DNA of 64,000 bases, taken from the NCBI GenBank assembly GCA_963750165.1, contig CAVVPN010000012.1:1088001-1152000 (forward strand), in the 5' to 3' direction. The stretch is from an uncultured Gemmataceae bacterium (GTDB lineage: Bacteria; Planctomycetota; Planctomycetia; Gemmatales; Gemmataceae). Each line of letters opens with the position of its first letter. Position 1 is the stretch's first letter. Positions 1-8,628 of the stretch are shown here, one piece after another. The notes under the pieces are model-generated. The model saw only the letters and a program-made list of their open reading frames with translations, ran no database searches and was not told the origin of the DNA. The translations under genes were made by a program, and so were the position numbers.

Positions 1-1188
1 CGTCTTCAACTCCTTCTCGAACGCCAGGTACTCCGGCGTCCGCGGCGTCTCGCCGATGAGCGGCAGTTCCTTCGGCTCCTGCGAACTGAGGAAGACGCCG
101 TGCAGCGAGTAGTAATCCGCTGTCGGAATGGGGTCGTACTTGTGGTCGTGACAGCGGGCGCAGCTGACGGTCAACCCGAGCAGGCCGCGCGTGGTCACGT
201 CAATGCGGTCGTCGATGATGTCGTGGACGTTGTTCAGGAACCGGCGGCCGAGCGTCAGAAAACCCATCGCCGCCAGCGGCCGCTTGTCGGCACCCAGCGG
301 CAGCTGGTCCGCGGCCAGCTGCTGCAGGATGAACTGGTCGTAGGGCAAATCCTCGTTGAAGGCGCGGATGACGTAATCGCGGTAGGTGTAGGCGAAGGCG
401 TAGCGGCGCTCCTCGGTGAAGACGTAGCCCTTGGTGTCGGCGTAGCGGGCGAGGTCGAGCCAGTGGCGGCCCCAGCGTTCGCCGTAGCGCGGCGACGCCA
501 GCAGCCGGTCCACCACCTTCTCATAAGCGTCCGGCGACTGGTCCTTCTCGAACGCCTCGATCTCCGCGGCGGTCGGCGGCAGGCCGTGCAGGTCAAACGT
601 GACGCGGCGCAGCAGGGTGCGGCGGTCGGCGGCCGGCGCCAGGCTCAGGCCCTTCGCCTCCAGGGCCGTCTGCAGAAAGGCGTCCACGGGCGTCTTGACC
701 AGGGTAGCGTTCTTGACCGGCGGCACTGCCACGGGCCGCACCGGCTGGAACGCCCAGTGGGTTTTCCAGGTGTCCTTGCCGGCGTGCTTGACGACTGCGG
801 GTGTCTCTGGCCAGGGCGCGCCCATCTTGACCCACGCGGCCAGGTCGTCGATGGCGGACTGTGGCAGCTTGCTCTTCGGCGGCATTTTGAGGTCGCCCTG
901 GTGCCGCACCGCTTTCAGCAGCAGGCTTTTCTCGGGGTGGCCGGGCACCAGCACGGGGCCGCTATCGCTGCCCTGCAGAGCGGCGGCGCGAGTGTCGAGT
1001 CGCAGGCCCGCCTGCTGTTTCTTGACGCCGTGGCAGGCCAGGCAGTGCTCCGCGAGCAGGGGCCGAATTTTCGCCTCGAAGAACTCCAGGGCCTGCGGTG
1101 ACGGCTTGCTGTCACCGGCACGGGCGGCCGGCGCCATCAGCAGCACCAGGGCGAACAGCGGCAGGGTCCAGCGGCAGGGGTGGCGCAT
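1..1188 (-). CDS. Planctomycete cytochrome c / PSD1-type (DUF1549) domain protein, runs off the window start
   Basis: Manual translation MRHPCRWTLPLFALVLL (signal peptide)...FFEAKIRPLLAEHCLACHG (CxxCH)...RRVTFDLHGLPPT...YGERWGRHWLDLARYADT, typical of PSCyt1+DUF1549 proteins. Confidence 0.9.
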   Translation of the reverse strand, partial: MRHPCRWTLPLFALVLLMAPAARAGDSKPSPQALEFFEAKIRPLLAEHCLACHGVKKQQAGLRLDTRAAALQGSDSGPVLVPGHPEKSLLLKAVRHQGDLKMPPKSKLPQSAIDDLAAWVKMGAPWPETPAVVKHAGKDTWKTHWAFQPVRPVAVPPVKNATLVKTPVDAFLQTALEAKGLSLAPAADRRTLLRRVTFDLHGLPPTAAEIEAFEKDQSPDAYEKVVDRLLASPRYGERWGRHWLDLARYADTKGYVFTEERRYAFAYTYRDYVIRAFNEDLPYDQFILQQLAADQLPLGADKRPLAAMGFLTLGRRFLNNVHDIIDDRIDVTTRGLLGLTVSCARCHDHKYDPIPTADYYSLHGVFLSSQEPKELPLIGETPRTPEYLAFEKELKT

Positions 1189-1301
1189 GCGGTGGGATCC
1201 TCGGCCCGGGAGTGCAGGCGGGCGGGCGAAGTTTTGTTGATATACATGGTAACACGATCTGAGAGAGGGGCAAGAGGCTACCCGGCGCTGCCACCCGTCT
1301 T

Positions 1302-1379
1302 TCTGCCGCTTGCGGCTTAGCGCGCTGCGACCCTTCTCACGTGAGAAGGGCCGCAGTGCGCTAAGCCGCAAGCGGCAGA
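1302..1379. repeat. 78-bp near-perfect palindrome (REP-like)
   Basis: tctgccgcttgcggcttagcgc...cccttctcacgtgagaaggg...gcgctaagccgcaagcggcaga; partial arm again near 2406-2419. Confidence 0.85.
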
Positions 1380-1387
1380 CACACCGA

Positions 1388-2263
1388 TCACTCGCCGCCG
1401 GTGCGGATGATCTGCGTGACGACGCGGTTGACCTCATCCACCGGGATCGCGAAACCGATGCCGGCCCACGCCCCGGACGGGCTCAGGATCGCCGTGTTGA
1501 CGCCGATCAGCCGGCCGTCGCTGTCCAGCAGCGGCCCGCCCGAGTTGCCCGGGTTGATTGGCGCCGTCGTCTGAATGACGTGGCTGATGGTCTGGCCGTT
1601 GGGCGACTCGATCTCGCGGTTTAGGGCGCTGACGATGCCGCTGGCCAGCGACTGATCCAGGCCGAACGGATTGCCGATCGCGAACGCCGACTGGCCCACC
1701 AGCAAATTGTGCGACTCACCGATGCGCAGCGGTCGCAGTTTCTGCACCGGCGCGTTGATGATTTGCAGCACCGCCAGGTCGTGCGACGGGGACACCCCGA
1801 CCAGCGCCGCGGGGGATGTCGAGCGCTTGCCCTGCGGGTCCGTCAGCGTCACCTGATAGTAGTTGCCGATCTCAACCACGTGGTAGTTCGTGACGATGCG
1901 GCCCTGGCTGTCCCAGATGAAACCGGAGCCGGTCCCCTTGGGGATGCGCGTGAGGTCGCGGCTCAGAAAGTCGCGCTGCACCACGTTGGTGGTCACGTGG
2001 ACGACCGACGGCGACGCCTGCTGATACAGGCGGATGACCGACTTCTCGTAATCCGCCAGTTCGCCGCGCGGCGACACGGATCGCAGTTCGGCATTGGGGT
2101 TGAGGAGGTTGCCCTCGGAGCCGGTGCGCTCCGGCCAGAAGCGCCAGACCAGCACACCAACGAGCAGCGCCAGGAACAGCAGCGCCAGCAGCAGTCCCAG
2201 CGGCGACGATTGCTGCGGGCGGCGGGGTTGGTAGGGGTAACGGGGGTCGTCGTACATTGCCAT
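1388..2263 (-). CDS. S1C (HtrA/DegP-like) serine protease, membrane-anchored, no PDZ domain
   Basis: TM segment; GSGF, TNYHV, DLAVL, INPGNSGGPL motifs; ends right after protease domain. Confidence 0.92.
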   Translation of the reverse strand: MAMYDDPRYPYQPRRPQQSSPLGLLLALLFLALLVGVLVWRFWPERTGSEGNLLNPNAELRSVSPRGELADYEKSVIRLYQQASPSVVHVTTNVVQRDFLSRDLTRIPKGTGSGFIWDSQGRIVTNYHVVEIGNYYQVTLTDPQGKRSTSPAALVGVSPSHDLAVLQIINAPVQKLRPLRIGESHNLLVGQSAFAIGNPFGLDQSLASGIVSALNREIESPNGQTISHVIQTTAPINPGNSGGPLLDSDGRLIGVNTAILSPSGAWAGIGFAIPVDEVNRVVTQIIRTGGE

Positions 2264-2585
2264 GTTGGCCTCGCGTGTTCGGGCGGTCCCAGATGTATCA
2301 TTTTAGGCGCCGGCCCCCCACAAAAGACAATCGCCCGGGGGGCCGAGCGCTTTCGTCCACGAAGTCCGTGCAAGGCGCTTCCGTATTAGCGCTCTCCCCG
2401 CCAGACCGCAAGCGGCAGAAATGCCAGCGCCACCGCGCTGCTTTTCCCTGTCCGCCGAATCCCCCGCCGCATGTCCCGGTCGCGCAGCCGTGCTTGACAG
2501 CCACACCGTTTCCGACTAAAAGCCCATTCCGCCCCCCGGTGGAAACGACTTCCCCCGGACGACCGGTTCTCCAGGACGGACTGCC

Positions 2586-4229
2586 ATGCTCGACTCCCAG
2601 GCTGACCCGACGCCGACCGCCGGGGTGCTCCGCTGGCGCCTGGCCGCGGCGCTGCTCCTGCTCGGCACGGCCCTCTGGCGCATCCTCTACCTGGCCAACA
2701 GCCCACTCGACCTCTCGCCCGACGAGGCCCATTACTGGGACTGGTCGCGGCACCTCGACTGGAGCTATTACAGCAAGGGCCCGCTGGTCGCCTACCTGAT
2801 CCGCCTCGGCTGCGAGTTGTGTGGCGGCCTGTCGCTGGCGCTGACCGGCACCGAGACGCTGGCGGTACGGCTGCCGGCGGTCGTGTGCGGCAGCCTGTTC
2901 CTGCTCAGTCTCTACGTGCTGACGGCCCGGGTCACGCGCCGCGAAAGTCTGGCTCTGCTGGTCGTCGCTTTTGCCCTGACGCTGCCGGTGGTCAGTGTCG
3001 GTGCCTCGCTCATGACCATCGACGCGCCGTACACCTGCCTGTGGGGCTGGGCCCTGGTCGCCGGTCACCGCGCCGTCTTCCGGCCGACGCGCGGCGCCTG
3101 GGCCCTGACCGGTCTGCTCGTCGGCCTGGGTGTCCTGGCCAAGTACACGATGATCCTGTGGCTGCCCTCGCTTGGCCTGTTCCTGCTGACCAGCCCCGCC
3201 CACCGCCGCCAGCTCGTCCGTCCCGGCTTCTGGCTCATGGTCGCGGTCGCCGGGGTGTGCTGCCTGCCGATTCTGATCTGGAACGCCCAGCATGAGTGGG
3301 TGACCTTCCGCCACGTCAGCGGCCAGGCGGGCCTGGCGGAGCAGGTCGGCGGCGTCCGCTGGCTGGGGCCGCTACAATTCGTCGTCCTGCAGTTCGCTCT
3401 GCTGCTGGGTTTCTGGTTCGTCTTCTGGGCCCGCGCTCTGTGGACCTACGCTCCGTGGAAGGAGCCGGACGCCGAGCTGCGTTACCTGTGGTGGCTGTCG
3501 GTGCCGATGTTCGCGGTCTTCTGCCTGTTCGGCTTCAAGACCGGCGGCGGCGAACCGAACTGGCCCGTGACGGCCTACGCCTCCGGCCTCATCCTGGCGA
3601 CGGTGTGGCTGGCGCGCGAATGGCAAGCGCGCAACGTCTGGCGGCGGCGCGCGGCCCAGGTCTCAACGGTCGCGGCCTGCGGCCTGGGCCTGGCGCTGAC
3701 CGCGGCCGTGTATTTTAGCCCGCTGCTCTATCCGGTCCTGGTGCCGCTGGCGGGCGCGCCCACCGCCAGGGAACCGCTGCCCCTGCGCCGTTTCGACCCA
3801 ACGTGCCGACTGCGCGGCTGGCGCAGCCTGGCCGCGGCGGTGGACGAGGAGCGCGCAAAACTGCGCTCTGAGGACGGCGAGCCGGTGCTGGTCGCGACCG
3901 GCTGGAACCTGCCCGGCCAGGTCGGCTTTTACTGCGCCGGCCATCCGACGGTGCATTCGCTGGGCCTGGCGTTTGGCGACCGCCGCAGCCAGTACGACTT
4001 CTGGGGCCCGAACCCGCTCTGGCAGCCGGAGCAATTCCACGGCCGGACGTTCCTGCTGATCGCGCCCGGGGACGTGCCGCCGCCAGGCGGTTTCGAGCAA
4101 GTAGAGGCCGCCCGGGTGGTGACGCACACCGAGGCGGGCCAACCGGTGGCGCGCTGGACGATCCGTGTGTGCCGGGGGTTCCAGGGCTTCGGCGAACTGC
4201 CGTGGTTGGGGGCCAGGCACAATTTTTAA
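2586..4229 (+). CDS. ArnT/PMT-like glycosyltransferase (GT39/GT83-type)
   Basis: DEAHYWDW...YSKGPLVAY, multiple TM helices, LAKYT motif. Confidence 0.88.
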   Translation: MLDSQADPTPTAGVLRWRLAAALLLLGTALWRILYLANSPLDLSPDEAHYWDWSRHLDWSYYSKGPLVAYLIRLGCELCGGLSLALTGTETLAVRLPAVVCGSLFLLSLYVLTARVTRRESLALLVVAFALTLPVVSVGASLMTIDAPYTCLWGWALVAGHRAVFRPTRGAWALTGLLVGLGVLAKYTMILWLPSLGLFLLTSPAHRRQLVRPGFWLMVAVAGVCCLPILIWNAQHEWVTFRHVSGQAGLAEQVGGVRWLGPLQFVVLQFALLLGFWFVFWARALWTYAPWKEPDAELRYLWWLSVPMFAVFCLFGFKTGGGEPNWPVTAYASGLILATVWLAREWQARNVWRRRAAQVSTVAACGLGLALTAAVYFSPLLYPVLVPLAGAPTAREPLPLRRFDPTCRLRGWRSLAAAVDEERAKLRSEDGEPVLVATGWNLPGQVGFYCAGHPTVHSLGLAFGDRRSQYDFWGPNPLWQPEQFHGRTFLLIAPGDVPPPGGFEQVEAARVVTHTEAGQPVARWTIRVCRGFQGFGELPWLGARHNF

Positions 4230-4374
4230 CGGCGCGGCAAGGCGGCCAGGCGAGGGGAAGGTGGGAATTGTGATTCTTCACGAAACCCGGGCAGAGGCAA
4301 GGCCGATACCAATCCCACGGAGAGGTGGGGCCGCGGCGCGGGCCGTGCTCCGGATCCGGGGAGGGCGGACGGTA

Positions 4375-5244
4375 ATGCTGCAATTTGAGAACCCAGGCCC
4401 TTCTGGTCGGCGGACGGTCTGGCGGCGGCTGCGCTGGCTGCTGGGCGGGGGTCTGTTCGTGACGGTGGCGGTGCTGCTGGCACAGGTGGGCCACATCGTG
4501 CTGGGCGGCAACTTTCACGAGGTGGTGCGCGGCGAGGTCTACCGCAGTGCCCAGCTGTCGCCAGCGACGCTGGAGGCGTACATCCGGGCGTACCGCATTC
4601 GCACCGTGATCAATTTGCGGGGTGAGAATTTTGACGACGAGTGGTATCACCGCGAAATCGAGACGACCGTCCGTGCGGGGGCGGTGTTCGAGGACGTGGG
4701 ACTGTGGGCGTACAGTCCACCGCCGCCGGGCGAACTGATCCGCCTGGTGGATTTCCTGGAGCACGCCGAGACGCCCATCCTGGTCCACTGCCACACCGGC
4801 GCGGACCGAGCGGGGTTGGCGTCGGTGCTGGCCTTGCTGCTGCGCACTGACACCTCATTGTCACAGGCGCGCGGCCAGCTGACGCTCTACTACGGCCACA
4901 ACCGCTGGGGCAAGGCCGCCTGCCACGACCGCCTGCTTGACCGCTACGAAGAATGGTTGCAGGCGACGGGCAAGCCGCACAGCCCGGACATGCTGCGCCA
5001 CTGGGTCCGCCATCTGTACGATCCGGAACGGATCATGAATCAGCGCACCGAACACAGTTCACGTGCGGATCACTCGACTCAATGCTCAGCTGCAACCTCA
5101 GTTGGCCCGTCACGTGCAACAACTGGTTTGGGTCAAGAAAAATGTCCGCGTCCCCTTTTTCTTCTTGTCGATCTGAACATCTCCGCTTGTACTCAAAAGG
5201 CCCGTCCGCAGCAGTGGTTGGTTCGGCTCAACAAGCTACGCTGA
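4375..5244 (+). CDS. Protein tyrosine / dual-specificity phosphatase family protein; C-terminus reads through attC sites
   Basis: NFHEV...YRSAQ, VINLRG, HCHTGADRAG (CX5R); last ~65 aa are translated attC/junction DNA. Confidence 0.85.
   Translation: MLQFENPGPSGRRTVWRRLRWLLGGGLFVTVAVLLAQVGHIVLGGNFHEVVRGEVYRSAQLSPATLEAYIRAYRIRTVINLRGENFDDEWYHREIETTVRAGAVFEDVGLWAYSPPPPGELIRLVDFLEHAETPILVHCHTGADRAGLASVLALLLRTDTSLSQARGQLTLYYGHNRWGKAACHDRLLDRYEEWLQATGKPHSPDMLRHWVRHLYDPERIMNQRTEHSSRADHSTQCSAATSVGPSRATTGLGQEKCPRPLFLLVDLNISACTQKARPQQWLVRLNKLR
5047..5132 (-). other. attC-like integron cassette site
   Basis: Minus strand CCCAAAC...GTTGCACGTG...CACGTGAAC...GTTCGGT: R''/L''/L'/R' boxes with one extrahelical base; similar to 5702-5791. 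Confidence 0.8.
5199..5227 (-). other. Truncated attC-like site (R''-L'' half only)
   Basis: Minus strand GCCGAACCAACCACTGCTGCGGACGGGCC; no complementary arm found. Confidence 0.6.
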
Positions 5245-5276
5245 CCCCTTTTCTTCTTCCCGGATTTGACGCGCGG

Positions 5277-5687
5277 CTAGTCCGCGGGCGGCGACGGGGG
5301 TGGTTTGGGTTTAAGCCGTGGCTTGATCCACTCGGTGTCCAGGAACCCGGGTAGCGACTCGGCCAGTTTCTCTGGCCCGCTGTCGTCCGACCCGATCTTG
5401 TACACTGCCGGATCCCCGTCCAGACGCAGGCAAAAGTAGTCGTTGTCGTCGTCCGTCCCAATCAGCAGGTACTCTTTCCACCAATTCGGGTACGGCTCAT
5501 AGAGGCTACAGCGGGGATCTCGCTCGCGAAGGTTCTCGCTGAGGACATCGTCTGGCCGCGCCCAGATCCAACTGCCCAGTTGGCTGGCTCGAAACTCAGC
5601 CCCATGGGCAAGCATCAGTTCGCGATACGCGGTCGGGAGGGTTATTCCCAGCCCACCCGCGATTCGGTTCAAGTCTTCCTCAGTCAT
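5277..5687 (-). CDS. SMI1/KNR4 (SUKH) family immunity-like protein, gene cassette
   Basis: MTEEDL..I...LGITLPTAYRELM...LLIGTDDDNDYFCL...VY; GGAG RBS and ATG just after the attC R' box. Confidence 0.82.
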   Translation of the reverse strand: MTEEDLNRIAGGLGITLPTAYRELMLAHGAEFRASQLGSWIWARPDDVLSENLRERDPRCSLYEPYPNWWKEYLLIGTDDDNDYFCLRLDGDPAVYKIGSDDSGPEKLAESLPGFLDTEWIKPRLKPKPPPSPPAD

Positions 5688-5701
5688 GCGCTTCTCCAAT
5701 C

Positions 5702-5791
5702 GCCGAACAACCCCAGTTCACGTGCGGGCCACTCGTCTCAATGTGTCCGATTTACCTCAGATAGCCCGTCACGTGCAACGGCTGGTTCGGC
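5702..5791 (-). other. attC-like integron cassette site
   Basis: Minus strand GCCGAACCAGCCGTTGCACGTGACGGGC...GCCCGCACGTGAACTGGGGTTGTTCGGC; complementary R boxes, extrahelical G in L''. Confidence 0.88.
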
Positions 5792-5818
5792 CAAAATAAT
5801 GATGAATGTCCCCTTTTC

Positions 5819-6000
5819 CCTGGACCTGTGGGCCGCAGTGCAGCGCTTGCCGCTCTACGAAGCCGCCTTGCACCTGGCGGAGACCTTCGGCTTGCGCCGG
5901 AACAGAGAAGAGGAACCCGTGAAGAGAACCCGTTGACCGCTTCGCCAGAGAGGGCGGAAAAAAGAACCGTCATCACGACGGACGGTTCTTGACTTTCAAC
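5819..6000 (+). pseudogene. 3' remnant of a CHC2 zinc-finger-type ORF plus terminal hairpin (possible IS91-like element end)
   Basis: LDLWAAVQRLPLYEAALHLAETFG resembles the C-terminal helix region of CHC2 domains; followed by hairpin aagaaccgtc...gacggttctt. Confidence 0.45.
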
Positions 6001-6179
6001 GGTACATCTTTTCTTTCTCGGCCAGCCTCACATCCCGCACATCAGATCGAGCTGCGTCCTCTTTTCTTCGTCGCGTCGCCTGGTATCCCTTCGCGATTCC
6101 CGTTAAACTTGCCTTACCGTTGTGGACCTGCCCATCCGAATCTTTCACCCTTGTCGTGAAACTCAACCGGAGCAGTATC

Positions 6180-7475
6180 ATGCGAAATGTACGGCGTACC
6201 CGACCCACCCTTGAGTCCCTTGAGAACCGACTCTGCCCCACCGGCCTCACCGTTCGCTTCATCAGCGGCACTCTGTACATCAGCGGCGATTCCACCAGCA
6301 GGATCATTAATCTGAACCAGACCCTACTTACCGGCCAGATCCAGGTATTCGACAACACCTCCCTCCTGGGCACCTTCAGTGCCAACAGCATCAACCTCCA
6401 GACCGGCAACGCCGCGGAAACCGTCACCTTGACCCTGGCCGGCTCGCGCACCTTCAACGGCAATGTCTCCCTCACCACCGGGAACGGAAACGACCAGATT
6501 GTCGTCACCGGCGACGGCAGCGGTCTCCCGCAGATTTCCGGTAACCTCACCATTAACACGGGCCAGGGTACCAACCAGGTCACCACCGGCACAACCGGCA
6601 GTTTCCAAGTCAGCGGCAACGTCTTACTTCAAGGCGCCGGCAGCGACACCTTTACCATCGAGGGTGGCACCGTCATCAACGGCAACCTCAGCGCCACCGA
6701 TCCGACGGGGACCTTCCAGCTCGGCGGAAGCGGTGATGGTGCGGCGGTCAAGGGCAACGTGACCATCAACGGCGCGGGCAGCCACAACGTCACCGTCACC
6801 CCCAATGGGGGCGTCTTCGGGAACTTCCAATCCTCCACGGGTGGCGGTCTCAACCAGGTCACGATCAACGCCCCCATCCTGGGCAACGTCAACGTGACCG
6901 AGACCGGTAGCCCCAGCAACCTGACGCTGACCTCCCTGGTCGGCGGCAGCCTGACCTACACGGGCTCGGGGACCAATTCCGTCAATCTCATCCTCGCGTC
7001 CATGATCGGTGGCGATGCCACGTTGAACCTGGGCAACGGCGACAGCAATTACACGCTCGGCGGCGCCGCGACCATCTATGGCAGTCTGCGGGTCAATGCC
7101 GGCAACGGGACGGACATCGGCTTCCTGAACGGCACGATCAACCGCAACCTGTCGATCACCGTCGGCAACGGCGCCAATACGCTGACCATTGCGAACGCCC
7201 CGGGTGGTGTCCTGTCCTGGACGAGCGGCAATGGCAACAGCTCCCTGATGCTCGGGTTCAGTCTCTTCACCACCGGACCCGAAACCTGGACCGTCAACGT
7301 GCGCTTCGGCACCGGCAGCGACACGTTCGCGCTGAGCGGCGCGGTGGCGCCCACCCACTACCTCACCGGCTTTGTGGACATGGGCGGCCCTCCGGGCGGG
7401 AACTCCTTCGATCCGGCGCATGCGCTGGGGGTGAACTGGCAAGTGCTCGGGCCGTTCACGATCCAGAACGTGTAA
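6180..7475 (+). CDS. Planctomycete extracellular protein with N-terminal LEPR-XLL-like motif and G/N/T-rich beta-helical repeats
   Basis: MRNVRRTRPTLESLENRLCP; repeats of GN(L/V)T(I/V)xxGxGxD. Confidence 0.8.
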   Translation: MRNVRRTRPTLESLENRLCPTGLTVRFISGTLYISGDSTSRIINLNQTLLTGQIQVFDNTSLLGTFSANSINLQTGNAAETVTLTLAGSRTFNGNVSLTTGNGNDQIVVTGDGSGLPQISGNLTINTGQGTNQVTTGTTGSFQVSGNVLLQGAGSDTFTIEGGTVINGNLSATDPTGTFQLGGSGDGAAVKGNVTINGAGSHNVTVTPNGGVFGNFQSSTGGGLNQVTINAPILGNVNVTETGSPSNLTLTSLVGGSLTYTGSGTNSVNLILASMIGGDATLNLGNGDSNYTLGGAATIYGSLRVNAGNGTDIGFLNGTINRNLSITVGNGANTLTIANAPGGVLSWTSGNGNSSLMLGFSLFTTGPETWTVNVRFGTGSDTFALSGAVAPTHYLTGFVDMGGPPGGNSFDPAHALGVNWQVLGPFTIQNV

Positions 7476-7571
7476 ACCGACCTGGCCGTTCCTCGGGCAG
7501 GATAAGGGGCACTCAACATGATAAGGCCTGAAAGGAATGAACGTCCCCTGTTCCTGCCCAAAGCCTCTCGC

Positions 7572-7666
7572 GCCGAACCCGGGAGTTCTGTTACTCGGCG
7601 CGCTTCTGCCGCTGCCAGTCAGCTGCACCAGGCCGCGCGCCGAGTAACAGCAACGTGTGGTTCGGC
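7572..7666 (-). other. attC-like integron cassette site
   Basis: Minus strand GCCGAACCACACGTTGCTGTTACTCGGCGCGC...GCGCGCCGAGTAACAGAACTCCCGGGTTCGGC; extrahelical G. Confidence 0.85.
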
Positions 7667-7886
7667 TTGGCGGACCGGTAGGCAGAGACCCCCGTGTTCC
7701 TGGGGGCCGGCCGGTTGCCCTTGGGCAGACCGAGGGGGTGCTGCTGGCAACCTCGAGCCAGCGCCCGCCTCACCAGCGTCGATGCACCTACCCTCGTCGT
7801 ACCGACGGAGCCGAGACCGTGACTGCCGGCCGGAGCGTGTCGGGCGGCTCAGGGCTGCCGGGGCGAGGCGGGCGGCGGCGGGGTGC

Positions 7887-7949
7887 CGCTAACGACTAAG
7901 CTCACTTGCCGGGGCCGCCTCGATCAACGTCATGCCGCGCAAAAAAACC
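7887..7949 (-). other. attC-like half site (L'-R') cut by the ISL3 insertion
   Basis: Minus strand ...GCGGCCCCGGCAAGTGAGCTTAGTCGTTAGCG; other arm absent beyond the IS end at 7950. Confidence 0.6.
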
Positions 7950-7963
7950 GGTTCTTCCGTTTT

Positions 7964-8088
7964 TAGAGCGGTTCGCGTTTGGGTAGCGCACAAGTCGTGG
8001 GACGGCTCTCCAGAGCCGTCAGCGTTCTCCCGACGGCTCTGGAGAGCCGTCCCACGACTTGTAGTCCACGCGACTGGGAACCGCTCTA
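7964..8088. mobile_element. MITE-like element with TAGAGCGGTT/AACCGCTCTA ends and an internal REP-like palindrome
   Basis: Inserted at the TA of ggttcttccgttttTAggtgc (uninterrupted form at 11242); TA on both sides; internal gtgggacggctctccagagccgtc...gacggctctggagagccgtcccac. Confidence 0.85.
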
Positions 8089-8628
8089 GGTGCAAGCGCC
8101 TGAGAAAATGGCCCGGAAGCCCGCCACCAGTTCCCGAATGTGGGCGATGGTCTGCCGCACCAGATCCTTGCCTCGGTTTAGGTCCAGGATCAACCGGCTC
8201 CACAGACTGTCCGCGGACTTCAGCCCGTAGGCACGCTTGACAATCACGCGCGCCTTGTTGTTGATCCCCTCCACTGGCCCACTCGTCTGCCGGCCCTCGA
8301 AGTAGTTCAGGATCTCGTCTTGCCAGGTCTCGAAGGTCACGATGAACTTCTCCATCGCCGGGAACTCCTCCAGGATGTCCAGCCACACCCCGGTCAGCCA
8401 CCGTAGCGCCTGCCGCCGGTCCGTGGCCGTGTCGAAGATCTTCTGGAAGCGCACGCGGATCTCGTACAGCCGCCGCAGCCGGGGCAACTGCTCAAACAAG
8501 GCCTCCAGCTTCGCTTGCTCTGCCTTGGTCAGGTCCTTGGGGTTGCGGCGGAACTCCCACATCAACGAGCGAAATTCCTTCCGTTGCGCCTTCGTGAGCT
8601 TCTGCTTGTGGCCCCGCGTGATTTTTTT
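8086..8628 (-). pseudogene. ISL3 transposase, 3' part
   Basis: ILNYF...TSGPVEGINNKARVIVKRAYG motif. Confidence 0.9.

Noticed and set aside
100..1101. Long + strand ORF and similar shadow ORFs (e.g. 44299-46371, 52914-54356)
   Set aside because: Antisense or alternative frames of real high-GC genes
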